A stretch of DNA of 64,000 nt from an uncultured Desulfarculus sp. (GTDB taxonomy: Bacteria; Desulfobacterota; Desulfarculia; Desulfarculales; Desulfarculaceae): the NCBI GenBank assembly GCA_963665125.2, contig CAXXUK010000001.1:3392001-3456000 (forward strand), in the 5' to 3' direction. The notes below the pieces were generated by a model. That model did not search any database. It worked only from the letters and a program-made list of their open reading frames with translations, and was not told the DNA's origin. A program made the translations under genes and the position numbers. This document shows, in pieces, positions 9,660 to 23,016 of this stretch. How positions within the stretch are numbered: the first letter of the stretch is position 1; each line of letters starts with the position of its first letter.

Positions 9660-10430
9660 ATGCGGCGTATTATAGTCATACTGATAACGGCATTGTTCTT
9701 TGGCACATTGCTGGCCTGTGATAGCAGCAGTTGCTCCGATAGCGGCGGAGGAGTTTTCGACGACTATTGCCCGTCTGGTTATTATCCGTTGTGGAACGAA
9801 ACCACCCGTCTATTTGAATGCGTAAAAAAATGCCCGGCAGGCTATACGAACATGTATGATCCGAAAATCGACGAGTTCGGGTGTGTAAAGAACTGCCCCG
9901 ACGGCAATCCGCCTACTTATAATGAGGGCACGGGCAAGTGGGAATGCAACGGCAGCCCCACGTCAACGCCCACGGCCACCCCCACAGCGACACCGACCGG
10001 CACCGCCACATCATCGCCAACAGATTCACCAACCACAACTCCGACGGCTACAGCCACCAATGTGCCAACGGCAGCACCCACGGCAACCAGTGTGCCAACG
10101 GCAACATCCACCGGAGGAGCCGATTGCATCGCAGGCACCTGGAGCGGCACCTGGAAGAAGACGGCAAGCAGTGATACGGGTGGTCTCAATTTCATAATCA
10201 ACAAAAGCGGCAGTTCATATACCGCCACTGTTATTCAAAACATTGGCGGCGGCTCGGCTGTCACCGAAGACGGGGCCAGGGTGACTGTCACCGGAACTGG
10301 TTTCCCTTATCACTTTACCATTGAATACAGTGAAGGTGATTTCGGCGGCATGATGACGGACTGCAACAGAATCACCGGGACCTACTACAACAGAGTGGGC
10401 GGTTCTGGCACTTTCTCGGCCACCAAGTAA
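9660..10430 (+). CDS. Lipoprotein array member 6 (with Cys-rich N-domain)
   Basis: Lipobox LLAC; CPSGYY..CVKKCPAGY..CVKNCPDGNPPTYN..WEC; CIAGTWSG domain. Confidence 0.85.
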   Translation: MRRIIVILITALFFGTLLACDSSSCSDSGGGVFDDYCPSGYYPLWNETTRLFECVKKCPAGYTNMYDPKIDEFGCVKNCPDGNPPTYNEGTGKWECNGSPTSTPTATPTATPTGTATSSPTDSPTTTPTATATNVPTAAPTATSVPTATSTGGADCIAGTWSGTWKKTASSDTGGLNFIINKSGSSYTATVIQNIGGGSAVTEDGARVTVTGTGFPYHFTIEYSEGDFGGMMTDCNRITGTYYNRVGGSGTFSATK

Positions 10431-10454
10431 AACCGTTATTCGGTTTACAAAAAT

Positions 10455-10491
10455 AAACGCCGGGGCGCCCCAAAGCGCCCCGGCGTTTTTT
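10455..10491. terminator. Bidirectional terminator between the lipoprotein array and dnaK
   Basis: aaacgccggggcgc/gcgccccggcgttt with A-run and T-run flanks. Confidence 0.85.
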
Positions 10492-10516
10492 ATTGCCTAG
10501 CTATGTATAGTCTTGC

Positions 10517-12421
<1,905 letters not shown>

Positions 12422-12765
12422 TACGAGGTTCCTCCTCTTGATATTTAAACTCCGCCGGCTTTGCGGCGGGCTTTTTCCATGGGGCAAAGGCCGTATCGCA
12501 GCCTCTGTTTTGCAAGTTAAGACCGTGGTTCGGCAAGTCAAGTAAACAGGCGACATTTTTGGCGCTAAAACCGGTTTTTTACCCCGCCGCCGCATCCCGG
12601 CGGACCAAGCGCCAAAAAACCGTACTCAAAGCCCCCGGCCAGGCCGTATCATCAAAAGCAGGGGGCAAAAAATTCCAACTGCTGGTTTTTCCCTACGGGC
12701 GTGCTTATGTTTTGTTTGACGCCCGATTTGATAGGCCCATAAGCAAGCAAGGCTGGAGTGCAAAA

Positions 12766-13143
12766 GTGACACTGCGACAACTATTCGAAGGGCTGGAAAG
12801 TAGCGGCCCGTCCGGCAGCGGCTGGATTCCGCCGGTGGACATATACGAGACCCCAGAAGAGGTGGTCCTTGTAGTGGAAGCCGCGGGAGTGGATCCGGCC
12901 AGTTTCAAGGTCATCGTCGATGGAGACGTGGTACGCATATTCGGCAGCCGCAGAACCAACTCCGAAACGAGTACGGCGAGGTTTCACCGCATGGAGATTC
13001 ACACCGGAAGCTTCACGCGCTCCTTTCGCATCCGGGTGCCGTTTTCCGCCGACGGAGTGGTAGCGGGAACCAGTGACGGAATGCTTAGCGTACGCCTGCC
13101 CAAGGCGCAGTTGAGCCACACGATCATCGTTGACCGGGCCTGA
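12766..13143 (+). CDS. Hsp20/alpha-crystallin family protein
   Basis: WIPPVDIYET, FHRMEIHTGSFTRSF, GMLSVRLPK; GTG start after GGAG. Confidence 0.85.
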   Translation: MTLRQLFEGLESSGPSGSGWIPPVDIYETPEEVVLVVEAAGVDPASFKVIVDGDVVRIFGSRRTNSETSTARFHRMEIHTGSFTRSFRIRVPFSADGVVAGTSDGMLSVRLPKAQLSHTIIVDRA

Positions 13144-13160
13144 ATGGAGAGTTGATAGCT

Positions 13161-15587
<2,427 letters not shown>

Positions 15588-15609
15588 AAAGCGTATCAAC
15601 CCGAGACTG

Positions 15610-15649
15610 GGAGAGGCCTCTGGCTTGGCGGGCCTCTCCCGCCTTTTTT
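15610..15649 (+). terminator. Terminator after lon
   Basis: gggagaggcc/ggcctctccc stem followed by a T-run. Confidence 0.75.
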
Positions 15650-15889
15650 ATAGTATGCTATTTTCTTGCACCTCGGCCCGGACGGAGCAAGTCCGATCCG
15701 GGGCTCACGGCGCATGGCTTCGCGCTGCGCCGGGCTGGCCGTCCATGGCCAGCCTATCTATAAAGCAGGGGATTGCTAATTAGAAACGCCCGGTCGGAGC
15801 CACTGGTGTTTTCTCATGCACTGGGTGTTGCCAGCAATCTGGGTGCCCAAGCATCGAGCCCCGCGATTTGGGAGCGCAAACATTGCGTC

Positions 15890-16291
15890 ATGGCTAAAGG
15901 CGACCACATAAAAGTACGGCGGCACGGGCTGGTCTACGCCCACCACGGCGTGGACATGGGCGACGGCAGCGTCATCCACTTCACCGAGCCAAAGGAAGAC
16001 CGGCCTCCGGCCATCCGGCGCACGGCCATGGACGAGTTTCTGCGGGGCGGCAAGCTGCGCACGGTAAAGCACCGCAAGGCCCTGGCGCCTGATGAAATCT
16101 GTGAGCGGGCCCTTGAGGCCCTGGGCGGCGACGGCTACAACCTGGTCACCAACAACTGCGAGCATTTCGCCAACTGGTGCGTCACCGGCAAAAAGAAAAG
16201 CTTTCAGGTGCTCCGGGCGGCGGGCGCCGTGGCCGGGGCGGTAGCGGTGGCCGTGGTGGTCGCGGCGGGCCGGGGCAGGCGCAGGGCCTGA
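15890..16291 (+). CDS. LRAT-like (permuted NlpC/P60) protein
   Basis: GDHI..YAHHGVDMGDG.VIHF and YNLVTNNCEHFANWC; hydrophobic C-terminal tail. Confidence 0.9.
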   Translation: MAKGDHIKVRRHGLVYAHHGVDMGDGSVIHFTEPKEDRPPAIRRTAMDEFLRGGKLRTVKHRKALAPDEICERALEALGGDGYNLVTNNCEHFANWCVTGKKKSFQVLRAAGAVAGAVAVAVVVAAGRGRRRA

Positions 16292-16455
16292 TTCGTGTTT
16301 CCAAACCCTTCCTTGGCCCGGTCGACAAATAAAACGACACGCCGTACCCGAACGCAAAAAAGACCGTTTATTGATTGGCGGCCCGGCCGGCAATCAATAA
16401 ACGGCGAAGTTTTTTGGAGGCTTGGGGGGGGTCAAAAAGCCCCCCAAGAATAAAA

Positions 16456-18381
16456 CTAAATCGTCCGGCCCACCTCGTCGGCCTCGGTCTGGGATTCCAA
16501 GATACTGCGGGGGCCCTTGGCGTCGCCGACCACCACCGGCTCGACGCCCCCGAACATGTCGGGCGGGAGCCTGCGGGAGCGCCGGTCCTCGGCAATGACG
16601 ATGTCGGTGAAGCCGCTGATCTCGTGGCGCTGGTCCACCACACGGAAGACCACGCCGCCTGCCGGGAACTCCTCTATGGTTACGTTTTTGTAGAGGGCGA
16701 CCTCGGGACGTTTGAGGCTTTCGCGCATGGACGAGCGGTCGTTGGCCGAGATATCGCTGGCAAAGTGGCCGTCGCGGTTGAGGATCACCACCCTTGCGCC
16801 CCGGTCGGCCAGGAATCCGGCCGTGGTCAGGGCCGCCGAATTGCCGCCGATGACAATGACGTCCTTGCCCGGCTGGGCCTCGCCTTCCAGTACATCAACG
16901 GCCATGTGCAGTTCCATGTCCGTATCGAACAGGCCCAGGATCTGGGGCACGTCGAGCTGGGAGCCGGTGGCCATGATCACCGCCTCGGGCTTGATCTCGG
17001 CCACCAGGGCCTCGTCGCACTCGGTGTTCAGGCGCAGGTCCACGCCAAGCCTGTCCAACTCCTTGGTGTAGAAGTCCACCATGTCGCCAAGCTCGGCCCG
17101 GCCCGGAGCCAGGCGGGCGGCATGCAGCAGGCCGCCTGTGTGGGGGGCTTCCTCGGCCACTGTGACCTTGTGGCCGCGCATGGCCGCCAGACGCGCCGCG
17201 GCCATGCCCGCCGGACCGGCGCCGACGACCAGCACCCGCTTGGGGCTGGCGACCTGCTTTAGCTCGCCAAGCATGTATTCGCGGCCCACGGCCGGGTTCA
17301 TCACGCAGGTGGCCTCGTCCTGTTGCAGGGCCCGGTCGATGCAGCCCAGGCAGCAGCCGATGCAGGGCCGGATGTCGTCTAAGCGGCCGCTTTGGGCCTT
17401 GGCGGCCAAATCAGGGTCGGCCAGATGGGCCCGGCCCATGGCCACCATGTCGGCCCGGCCCTCGGCGATGATCCGGTCGGCCATGCGCGGGTCCTTGATG
17501 CGGCCCACGGCGATGACCGGGATGCTGACCTCTTTTTTGACGGCCTCGGCCAAATGGGTGAAGATGCCGAACTCGGTGTACATCGAGGGGATGGTCACCG
17601 GGTTGGAGCCGTAGATGCCCGCCGATATATGCAGCCAGTCGGCGCCTTCGTCCTGGAGGATGGGGGCCAGGCGCAGCATCTCTTCCAGATGCCAGCCGTT
17701 TTCAATGTAGTCCTCTCCGTTGATGCGCACGCCCACCGGGTAGTCCGGGCCGACCTTTTCACGGATGTCCCGCAGCAACTGGAGCAGAAAGCGGGTGCGG
17801 TTTTCAAACGATCCGCCGTAATCGTCTTTGCGGATGTTGGACAGCGGCCCCAGGAATTCGGAGATCAGGTAGCCGTGGGCTCCGTGGATTTCCACGAAGT
17901 CCAGGCCCGCCCGCTTGCAGCGCCGGGCCGCATCTCCGTGGCAGCCAACCAGATCGAGGATCTCGGCCCGGGTCAGCTCACGGGGTATGCCCTTGACCAC
18001 GCCCAGGGACGGCAGGGGCGAGGGAGCCACCCGGCCCTGGTGAAAGGCCTGGCGTCCGCCGTGCAAAAGTTGCATGCCCAGGCGCGCGCCGTGGGCCGTT
18101 ACCTTTTCGGCCATCTTGGCCAGGGCCGGTATCCACTTGTCGTCCCACACCGGCGGCATCTTGGGCAGGTCCAGGCCGTTGGGGTGGATGGCCCCGCCGC
18201 CCACCACGATCATGCCCGTGCCTCCGGCCGCCCGGGCGGCAAGATAATCGGTCTTTTGGTCGGTGACATAGCCGTCTTCATCCACGCCGAAGTTGATGCT
18301 CATCGGCGGCATGACCAGTCTGTTTTTCACGGTCATTTTGCCCAGGGTTATCGGCGAAAAAAGATGCTTGAGTTCCGGCAT
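16456..18381 (-). CDS. NADH:flavin oxidoreductase (OYE + Fe-S + FAD; FadH/BaiCD-like)
   Basis: EIHGAHGYL, CIGCCLGC...C, VVGAGPAG. Confidence 0.9.
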   Translation of the reverse strand: MPELKHLFSPITLGKMTVKNRLVMPPMSINFGVDEDGYVTDQKTDYLAARAAGGTGMIVVGGGAIHPNGLDLPKMPPVWDDKWIPALAKMAEKVTAHGARLGMQLLHGGRQAFHQGRVAPSPLPSLGVVKGIPRELTRAEILDLVGCHGDAARRCKRAGLDFVEIHGAHGYLISEFLGPLSNIRKDDYGGSFENRTRFLLQLLRDIREKVGPDYPVGVRINGEDYIENGWHLEEMLRLAPILQDEGADWLHISAGIYGSNPVTIPSMYTEFGIFTHLAEAVKKEVSIPVIAVGRIKDPRMADRIIAEGRADMVAMGRAHLADPDLAAKAQSGRLDDIRPCIGCCLGCIDRALQQDEATCVMNPAVGREYMLGELKQVASPKRVLVVGAGPAGMAAARLAAMRGHKVTVAEEAPHTGGLLHAARLAPGRAELGDMVDFYTKELDRLGVDLRLNTECDEALVAEIKPEAVIMATGSQLDVPQILGLFDTDMELHMAVDVLEGEAQPGKDVIVIGGNSAALTTAGFLADRGARVVILNRDGHFASDISANDRSSMRESLKRPEVALYKNVTIEEFPAGGVVFRVVDQRHEISGFTDIVIAEDRRSRRLPPDMFGGVEPVVVGDAKGPRSILESQTEADEVGRTI

Positions 18382-18528
18382 TGCGAGGCCTCCGTTATGC
18401 TTAATCTGGTCAGACCAGTTTACATATAGCCAATTCCGCCCGCAACAGGGATTTATGCGCAAGGCCCAAAAAACCTCTTAATTGGGTTATTATGAAAATT
18501 AGCGAGGTAATTCCCACGGGAGTGAACC

Positions 18529-19374
18529 ATGAAAAAAGCCGTTATCTTCATTTTAATACTGATTCTGATAGCCATCGGAGCGGCCTACTGGGCTCAAAGG
18601 GTAGGCAAACCTGAGTTCGAGGCCATGGCCGACCAACTGTTCGAGGCGGTCGATACCCAGGCGGCCCAGACCATGTACTCCAAGGCGGACTTCGAACAGG
18701 TGCCCGAAGTGGCCGTGGAGTACCTGAAAAGAGCCCTGCCCGAGGTCGGCGTCAGGACCAGGGTGGTACGGATCACCGAAACCGGGCGCATCAAGATGGC
18801 CGAGGACAGCTCGTGGGATGATTTTTCGTCCCGCCAGATGAGCGGCGTGGACCCTCCCCGACTGGTCTGGGCAGCCGAGGCGGACTGGGCTCCGCTGATG
18901 CCGGTGATGACCCTGATGGCCTACACCGGAGAAAAGGGCTTTGTGCGTTCCTATTTTTGGGGCATGGTGGAGGGCTTTGCCAACGGGGGGCTGGTGATCA
19001 AGGCCTACCTGATGCAGCGCTGGCTGGGCGAGGCCGTGTGGTATCCCGACGCCCTGCTGCCCAGCGCCAGGCTGCGCTGGGAAAGGGCCGACACCAAGGT
19101 CAAGGGAGTAAAGGTGGCCAGGGTGATCCTGGAGGATGACGGCATCAAGGTCAGCGGCCAATTCTTTTTCGGCGGCGGCGGCGCGCCCATGTTTTTTTTG
19201 GGCGACCCGCTGCCCTTCGGCCATCTGGCGGGCCAGCGCTGGTATTGCCAGTATTCCGACTGGCGCAGGCAAGGCGACAGACAGATACCCTTTGAGTTGA
19301 TCCAGGGGGTGCGCGAGGGCATCAGCGACGACCGGCGCCTGGAGATCACGCTCCAGAGCATCGATTACCGCTGA
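18529..19374 (+). CDS. Membrane-anchored hypothetical protein (DUF6544-like)
   Basis: N-terminal TM helix; RWLGEAVWYPDALLPS..LRWE motif. Confidence 0.6.
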   Translation: MKKAVIFILILILIAIGAAYWAQRVGKPEFEAMADQLFEAVDTQAAQTMYSKADFEQVPEVAVEYLKRALPEVGVRTRVVRITETGRIKMAEDSSWDDFSSRQMSGVDPPRLVWAAEADWAPLMPVMTLMAYTGEKGFVRSYFWGMVEGFANGGLVIKAYLMQRWLGEAVWYPDALLPSARLRWERADTKVKGVKVARVILEDDGIKVSGQFFFGGGGAPMFFLGDPLPFGHLAGQRWYCQYSDWRRQGDRQIPFELIQGVREGISDDRRLEITLQSIDYR

Positions 19375-19544
19375 ACCCATGCAAATACCAAGAAAATTCA
19401 GTCCAAGGCTGGCAAAGGAGCGAGGAGGACTTATCGTTAATTGAAGAGGGGGCATAATCCGCCGGATTGGGCCCAGCCGCGCCGGGACGGCTCCTGGAGG
19501 GATCGGCGGGCCACAGGCATCCGGTTATACAAGGAGATGCTCCA

Positions 19545-20606
19545 GTGTTTTCAGAACAACTAACCCCCAAGGGAAGGGCCGTGCGCACGGCTCAGCTCTA
19601 CGGGCCCGATGACTTCAACAGGGCCGACCAAAGCGACGACCAGCTCTTTTACGCCAAAGAGCGCATGGTCAGCCATTTGGACGCCACGGCTCGGCAGACC
19701 GTCCGGCGCATAATCCAGACCCTGATCACCGAAGACAACCCGGCCATCCTGGATCTGATGGCCTCGTGGGACAGCCACATCCCCGAAGCTCTGGGGCCTT
19801 CGGAGGTGGTCGGCCTGGGCCTGAACCAAGCCGAACTGGACGCCAACTCCTTATTGACCGGCCGGGTATATCACGACCTGAACAGGGACCCGGCGCTGCC
19901 GCTTGCGGACAAGCGCTTCGACGCGGTGCTCAACGTGGTCTCGGTGGACTATCTGACCCGGCCGGTGGAGGTCTTCAGGGAGGTGGCCCGGACCCTCAAG
20001 CCCGGCGGCCTTTTTCTGATCATCTTCAGCAACCGCTGGTTCGAGCCCAAGGTCACCAACATCTGGCGGCGGGCCTCGGAAAACGAACGCATCTGCCTGG
20101 TTCAGGAATGGCTTGAGTCGGCGGGCGGATTCACCGACTTCGAAACCTTCGCGTCCAAGGAACTGCCCCGGCCTGCCAACGACAAGTACGCCCATCTGGG
20201 CATCCCCTCTGACCCGGTCTACGCCATGTGGGCAGTGCGCAAGGGCGCCAGGGCCGACAAGCCCGTCCGGCCCTATCCATCGGCAGGTCATATCCAGGCC
20301 CCGGACCAGGCCGAGGTGGCCCGGCGCGCTGCACTGGTGGCCCGGACCAAGGAATGCCCCCACTGCGGCCAAAGGCTGGGGAAATGGGCCGTGCCCCAGA
20401 CGCCGTTCACCGAGTGGGACAATGAATACATGTATATTTGCTTCAACGACGACTGCCCTTACCTGCTGCGGGGCTTCGAGGCCATGAGCCGCCAGGGCAA
20501 CACGGGCAACAGCTACCGTTTGATGTACAACCCGGCCACCGGGTCCGTGGGCCCGGTCATGATCCAGAGCATGGATATGCTCAAAGACGGGATCATCGAC
20601 GACTGA
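19545..20606 (+). CDS. Methyltransferase type 11 fused to a C-terminal zinc-ribbon domain
   Basis: DDQLFY..RMVSHLD, LDLMASWDSH, VSVDYL, FSNRWF; C-terminal CPHC...CFNDDC. GTG start after AAGGAG. Confidence 0.85.
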   Translation: MFSEQLTPKGRAVRTAQLYGPDDFNRADQSDDQLFYAKERMVSHLDATARQTVRRIIQTLITEDNPAILDLMASWDSHIPEALGPSEVVGLGLNQAELDANSLLTGRVYHDLNRDPALPLADKRFDAVLNVVSVDYLTRPVEVFREVARTLKPGGLFLIIFSNRWFEPKVTNIWRRASENERICLVQEWLESAGGFTDFETFASKELPRPANDKYAHLGIPSDPVYAMWAVRKGARADKPVRPYPSAGHIQAPDQAEVARRAALVARTKECPHCGQRLGKWAVPQTPFTEWDNEYMYICFNDDCPYLLRGFEAMSRQGNTGNSYRLMYNPATGSVGPVMIQSMDMLKDGIIDD

Positions 20607-20729
20607 TGCACTGAAAATGAAATAACCGACAACCGGAGCGCTGCCCTTGGGCGGCGTTTCTTTTTGTGGGGAGCGGCAATAAAAAACCGCGGCTTGGTTA
20701 ACCCTTGCCGCGGTTGATTATTTGCTATG

Positions 20730-20821
<92 letters not shown>

Positions 20822-21115
20822 AGGTCGCGCGTGGCGCATCACCACGCTTGTGTACCCGAAAGGCGATTGCCTGTCAAGCCGCAGATGCATCCGCAGTGGA
20901 GATTGGCCGGGGTCATGGTATCCGGTGTGTATCCTGGAGCCTATAGGGTGTGGGATAGGTGTCCTAATTACCGGGGGTCGGTCTGCCAAGCGGGCCATGG
21001 ACGGCCCGCCAATTTGCGCGGTTTTGCAAAAACAAGCAAATTGAGATAGTTGGTAAAACGACGCTTTTACCAACTAGCCAGCGAAAAAGTCCAGGACGGA
21101 CTTTTTCGCTAAAAT

Positions 21116-22450
21116 TTAAATGATGACCGGAGGGGCGCTGTCGTTGGTGTTGGTCCACCAGCCCTCCTTGCGCGCGCCCTTGCGGGCCCTGGCCATGAGC
21201 TTCTGCTTGATCTCGGGCACCAGATCCAGGGCTCTGCGGGGGAGCTGCTTGTGGGCGATGGCCTCGGTAATCATGCGCACCGGTCCGTCGGGGTCTTCGC
21301 CGAAGATCAGCGACGCGGTGCTGATCAGGCCGTTGACGACCTGCATGGCGTAAAGCACGTGGGCGTCGTTTTCCGGATCGTACGTATCAACGGTGTAGGG
21401 GGCGTCTCCGACTGCGGGCGCGGCCTGGCCCTGCTCCTGCGCCGGGGCCTGGCAGATGACCTTGTTGGCCAGCAGGTGAGGCGAAAAGTCGGTCTGGCCC
21501 ATCCTGGCCATGCGGTCCATCTGGTCGGTGAGCCACTTGCCGTATTCGGCGCCGCAGGAATCGGCCGTCTGGCGGGCCTTGTTGAAGTCGGGCCAGTTGG
21601 GGTGTTCCCAGCGGGGCCCGAATCCGATAAAGAACGTGCTCAGGCTGCCGGTGCGGCTGCGGCGCTGGCGGTCCCACAGGTCGCTGAATACCTTGGTGCG
21701 CTCGTACCAGGGCTTGCCCCTATAGGCGCTGTTGCAGGTGCTTTCCAGGCGGCCTTCCTCGTAGGATTCGTCCGGGGTCAGGCGCGGCGGCGCATAAGCC
21801 CCGCTTTGTTGGGATGAAACCGGCTCCGGTGTTTGGAATTGCCGTGGCTCCGGCACCGGAGGAGGAGGAGGAGGCGCATAAACTATCTGGGGCTGGGGCA
21901 CGACAACCGTCTGCTCCCGCTCAATGGGCAGGAAATCACTCAGGGCCTGTCTGACGGCACGGCTGAGCTGAGCGGGCGTAACGCCCTTTGTCTGACCGTC
22001 CAAGTGGGCCATCAAGGTGCCCAAGAACGCTCCCAATAGGCCCCTGGCTTCCAGGATGGACGCGGGTGGAGCCGTGGGGTCGTTGGACTGCTGGTGAATC
22101 GGCTCGTCGGCCTGCCTGGCCGCAGTCTTGGCCTCCAGGCGCTGGGCCACTCTGAGCCCCAGGGCCGTGGGCGTGATCCGTAGCGGCCGGCCAGGCCCGC
22201 GCTTTTCCAGGCGTAAAAGGCCGTCGGCCTCCAGGCCGCGCAGGTGACGGTTCATGAGCTGCTGGCTGATCTCCAAATCCTCGCGCAATTTCCTGCTGGA
22301 AATCACGCCGTGATTCTTGGCCGTTTCCACGGCATAGCACAACACCCGCTCCCTGGTCTCGCCGAGCCTGGGCTGGTTGGCGGCGACCCAGTCATCAATA
22401 CTGACCATGGTCTCCGGTCCGCCATTGGGGTTGTGTCTATTATCCGTCAT
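21116..22450 (-). CDS. Winged-helix DNA-binding protein with Pro-rich linker and unknown C-terminal domain
   Basis: SSRKLREDLEISQQLMNRHLRGLEADGLL..GPGRP wHTH; PPPPPPVPEP linker. Confidence 0.65.
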   Translation of the reverse strand: MTDNRHNPNGGPETMVSIDDWVAANQPRLGETRERVLCYAVETAKNHGVISSRKLREDLEISQQLMNRHLRGLEADGLLRLEKRGPGRPLRITPTALGLRVAQRLEAKTAARQADEPIHQQSNDPTAPPASILEARGLLGAFLGTLMAHLDGQTKGVTPAQLSRAVRQALSDFLPIEREQTVVVPQPQIVYAPPPPPPVPEPRQFQTPEPVSSQQSGAYAPPRLTPDESYEEGRLESTCNSAYRGKPWYERTKVFSDLWDRQRRSRTGSLSTFFIGFGPRWEHPNWPDFNKARQTADSCGAEYGKWLTDQMDRMARMGQTDFSPHLLANKVICQAPAQEQGQAAPAVGDAPYTVDTYDPENDAHVLYAMQVVNGLISTASLIFGEDPDGPVRMITEAIAHKQLPRRALDLVPEIKQKLMARARKGARKEGWWTNTNDSAPPVII

Positions 22451-22570
22451 CGCGATCAAACCGTCTTAACTCTTTTCACAAAAACAAGCGTTGCACTTTT
22501 GACGCTCATGTATATTATCGCCATCTTTAATAAAATTACAACCGTTCTTTTTTAGCGAACTGTGAATAAT

Positions 22571-22969
22571 TTATGACAGTTCCACCGTCAATTTTCCGCC
22601 GTCATTGTTTACCGCAAATCTTTTAACGTCCTTTTTTGCCGATCCGCCCAGCAAATGGCCTTGGGCGTCAAAGGTGGATTTGCCCACACTGCAACATTGC
22701 ACCTTGGCGCCGCCGTCAACAGGATCGAGCCGGCGCCCGCCATGGGTGCACCGGTTGGATAATGCATGAAACTGCCCGTTATCATCGACGAAAACCAAAA
22801 CACGCTCCGGCAGGGCTCCGCCCTCAAGCCGGACCGCGCCTCCGGGCCGCGCCAGTTCCGGGGCCTGGGCCAGGTCTATTTCCAGACTTTGCCCGTTAAC
22901 GGTCCAACACCCGGGTTCCGCCGGGGGCTTGGTCTGGCAGATGCCAAAAATCCTGCTAAATATGCCCAT
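22571..22969 (-). CDS. Rieske-like ferredoxin with atypical second box
   Basis: ALSNRCTHGG box 1; QCCSVGKSTFD where CxxH is expected. Confidence 0.75.
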   Translation of the reverse strand: MGIFSRIFGICQTKPPAEPGCWTVNGQSLEIDLAQAPELARPGGAVRLEGGALPERVLVFVDDNGQFHALSNRCTHGGRRLDPVDGGAKVQCCSVGKSTFDAQGHLLGGSAKKDVKRFAVNNDGGKLTVELS

Positions 22970-23016
22970 ATTTGTCTCCCTGCCTAAAAATATGCAAGAA
23001 ACAGGCCTAATGCGGA

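Noticed and set aside
4833..10430. Lipoprotein array as integron cassettes, shufflon, DGR targets or CRISPR
   Set aside because: I saw no attC, sfx or template repeats and no integrase, invertase, RT or cas gene; the repeats are in-frame coding linkers.
12422..12765. CIRCE element in the dnaK/hsp20 intergenic region
   Set aside because: No TTAGCACTC-N9-GAGTGCTAA match was seen.
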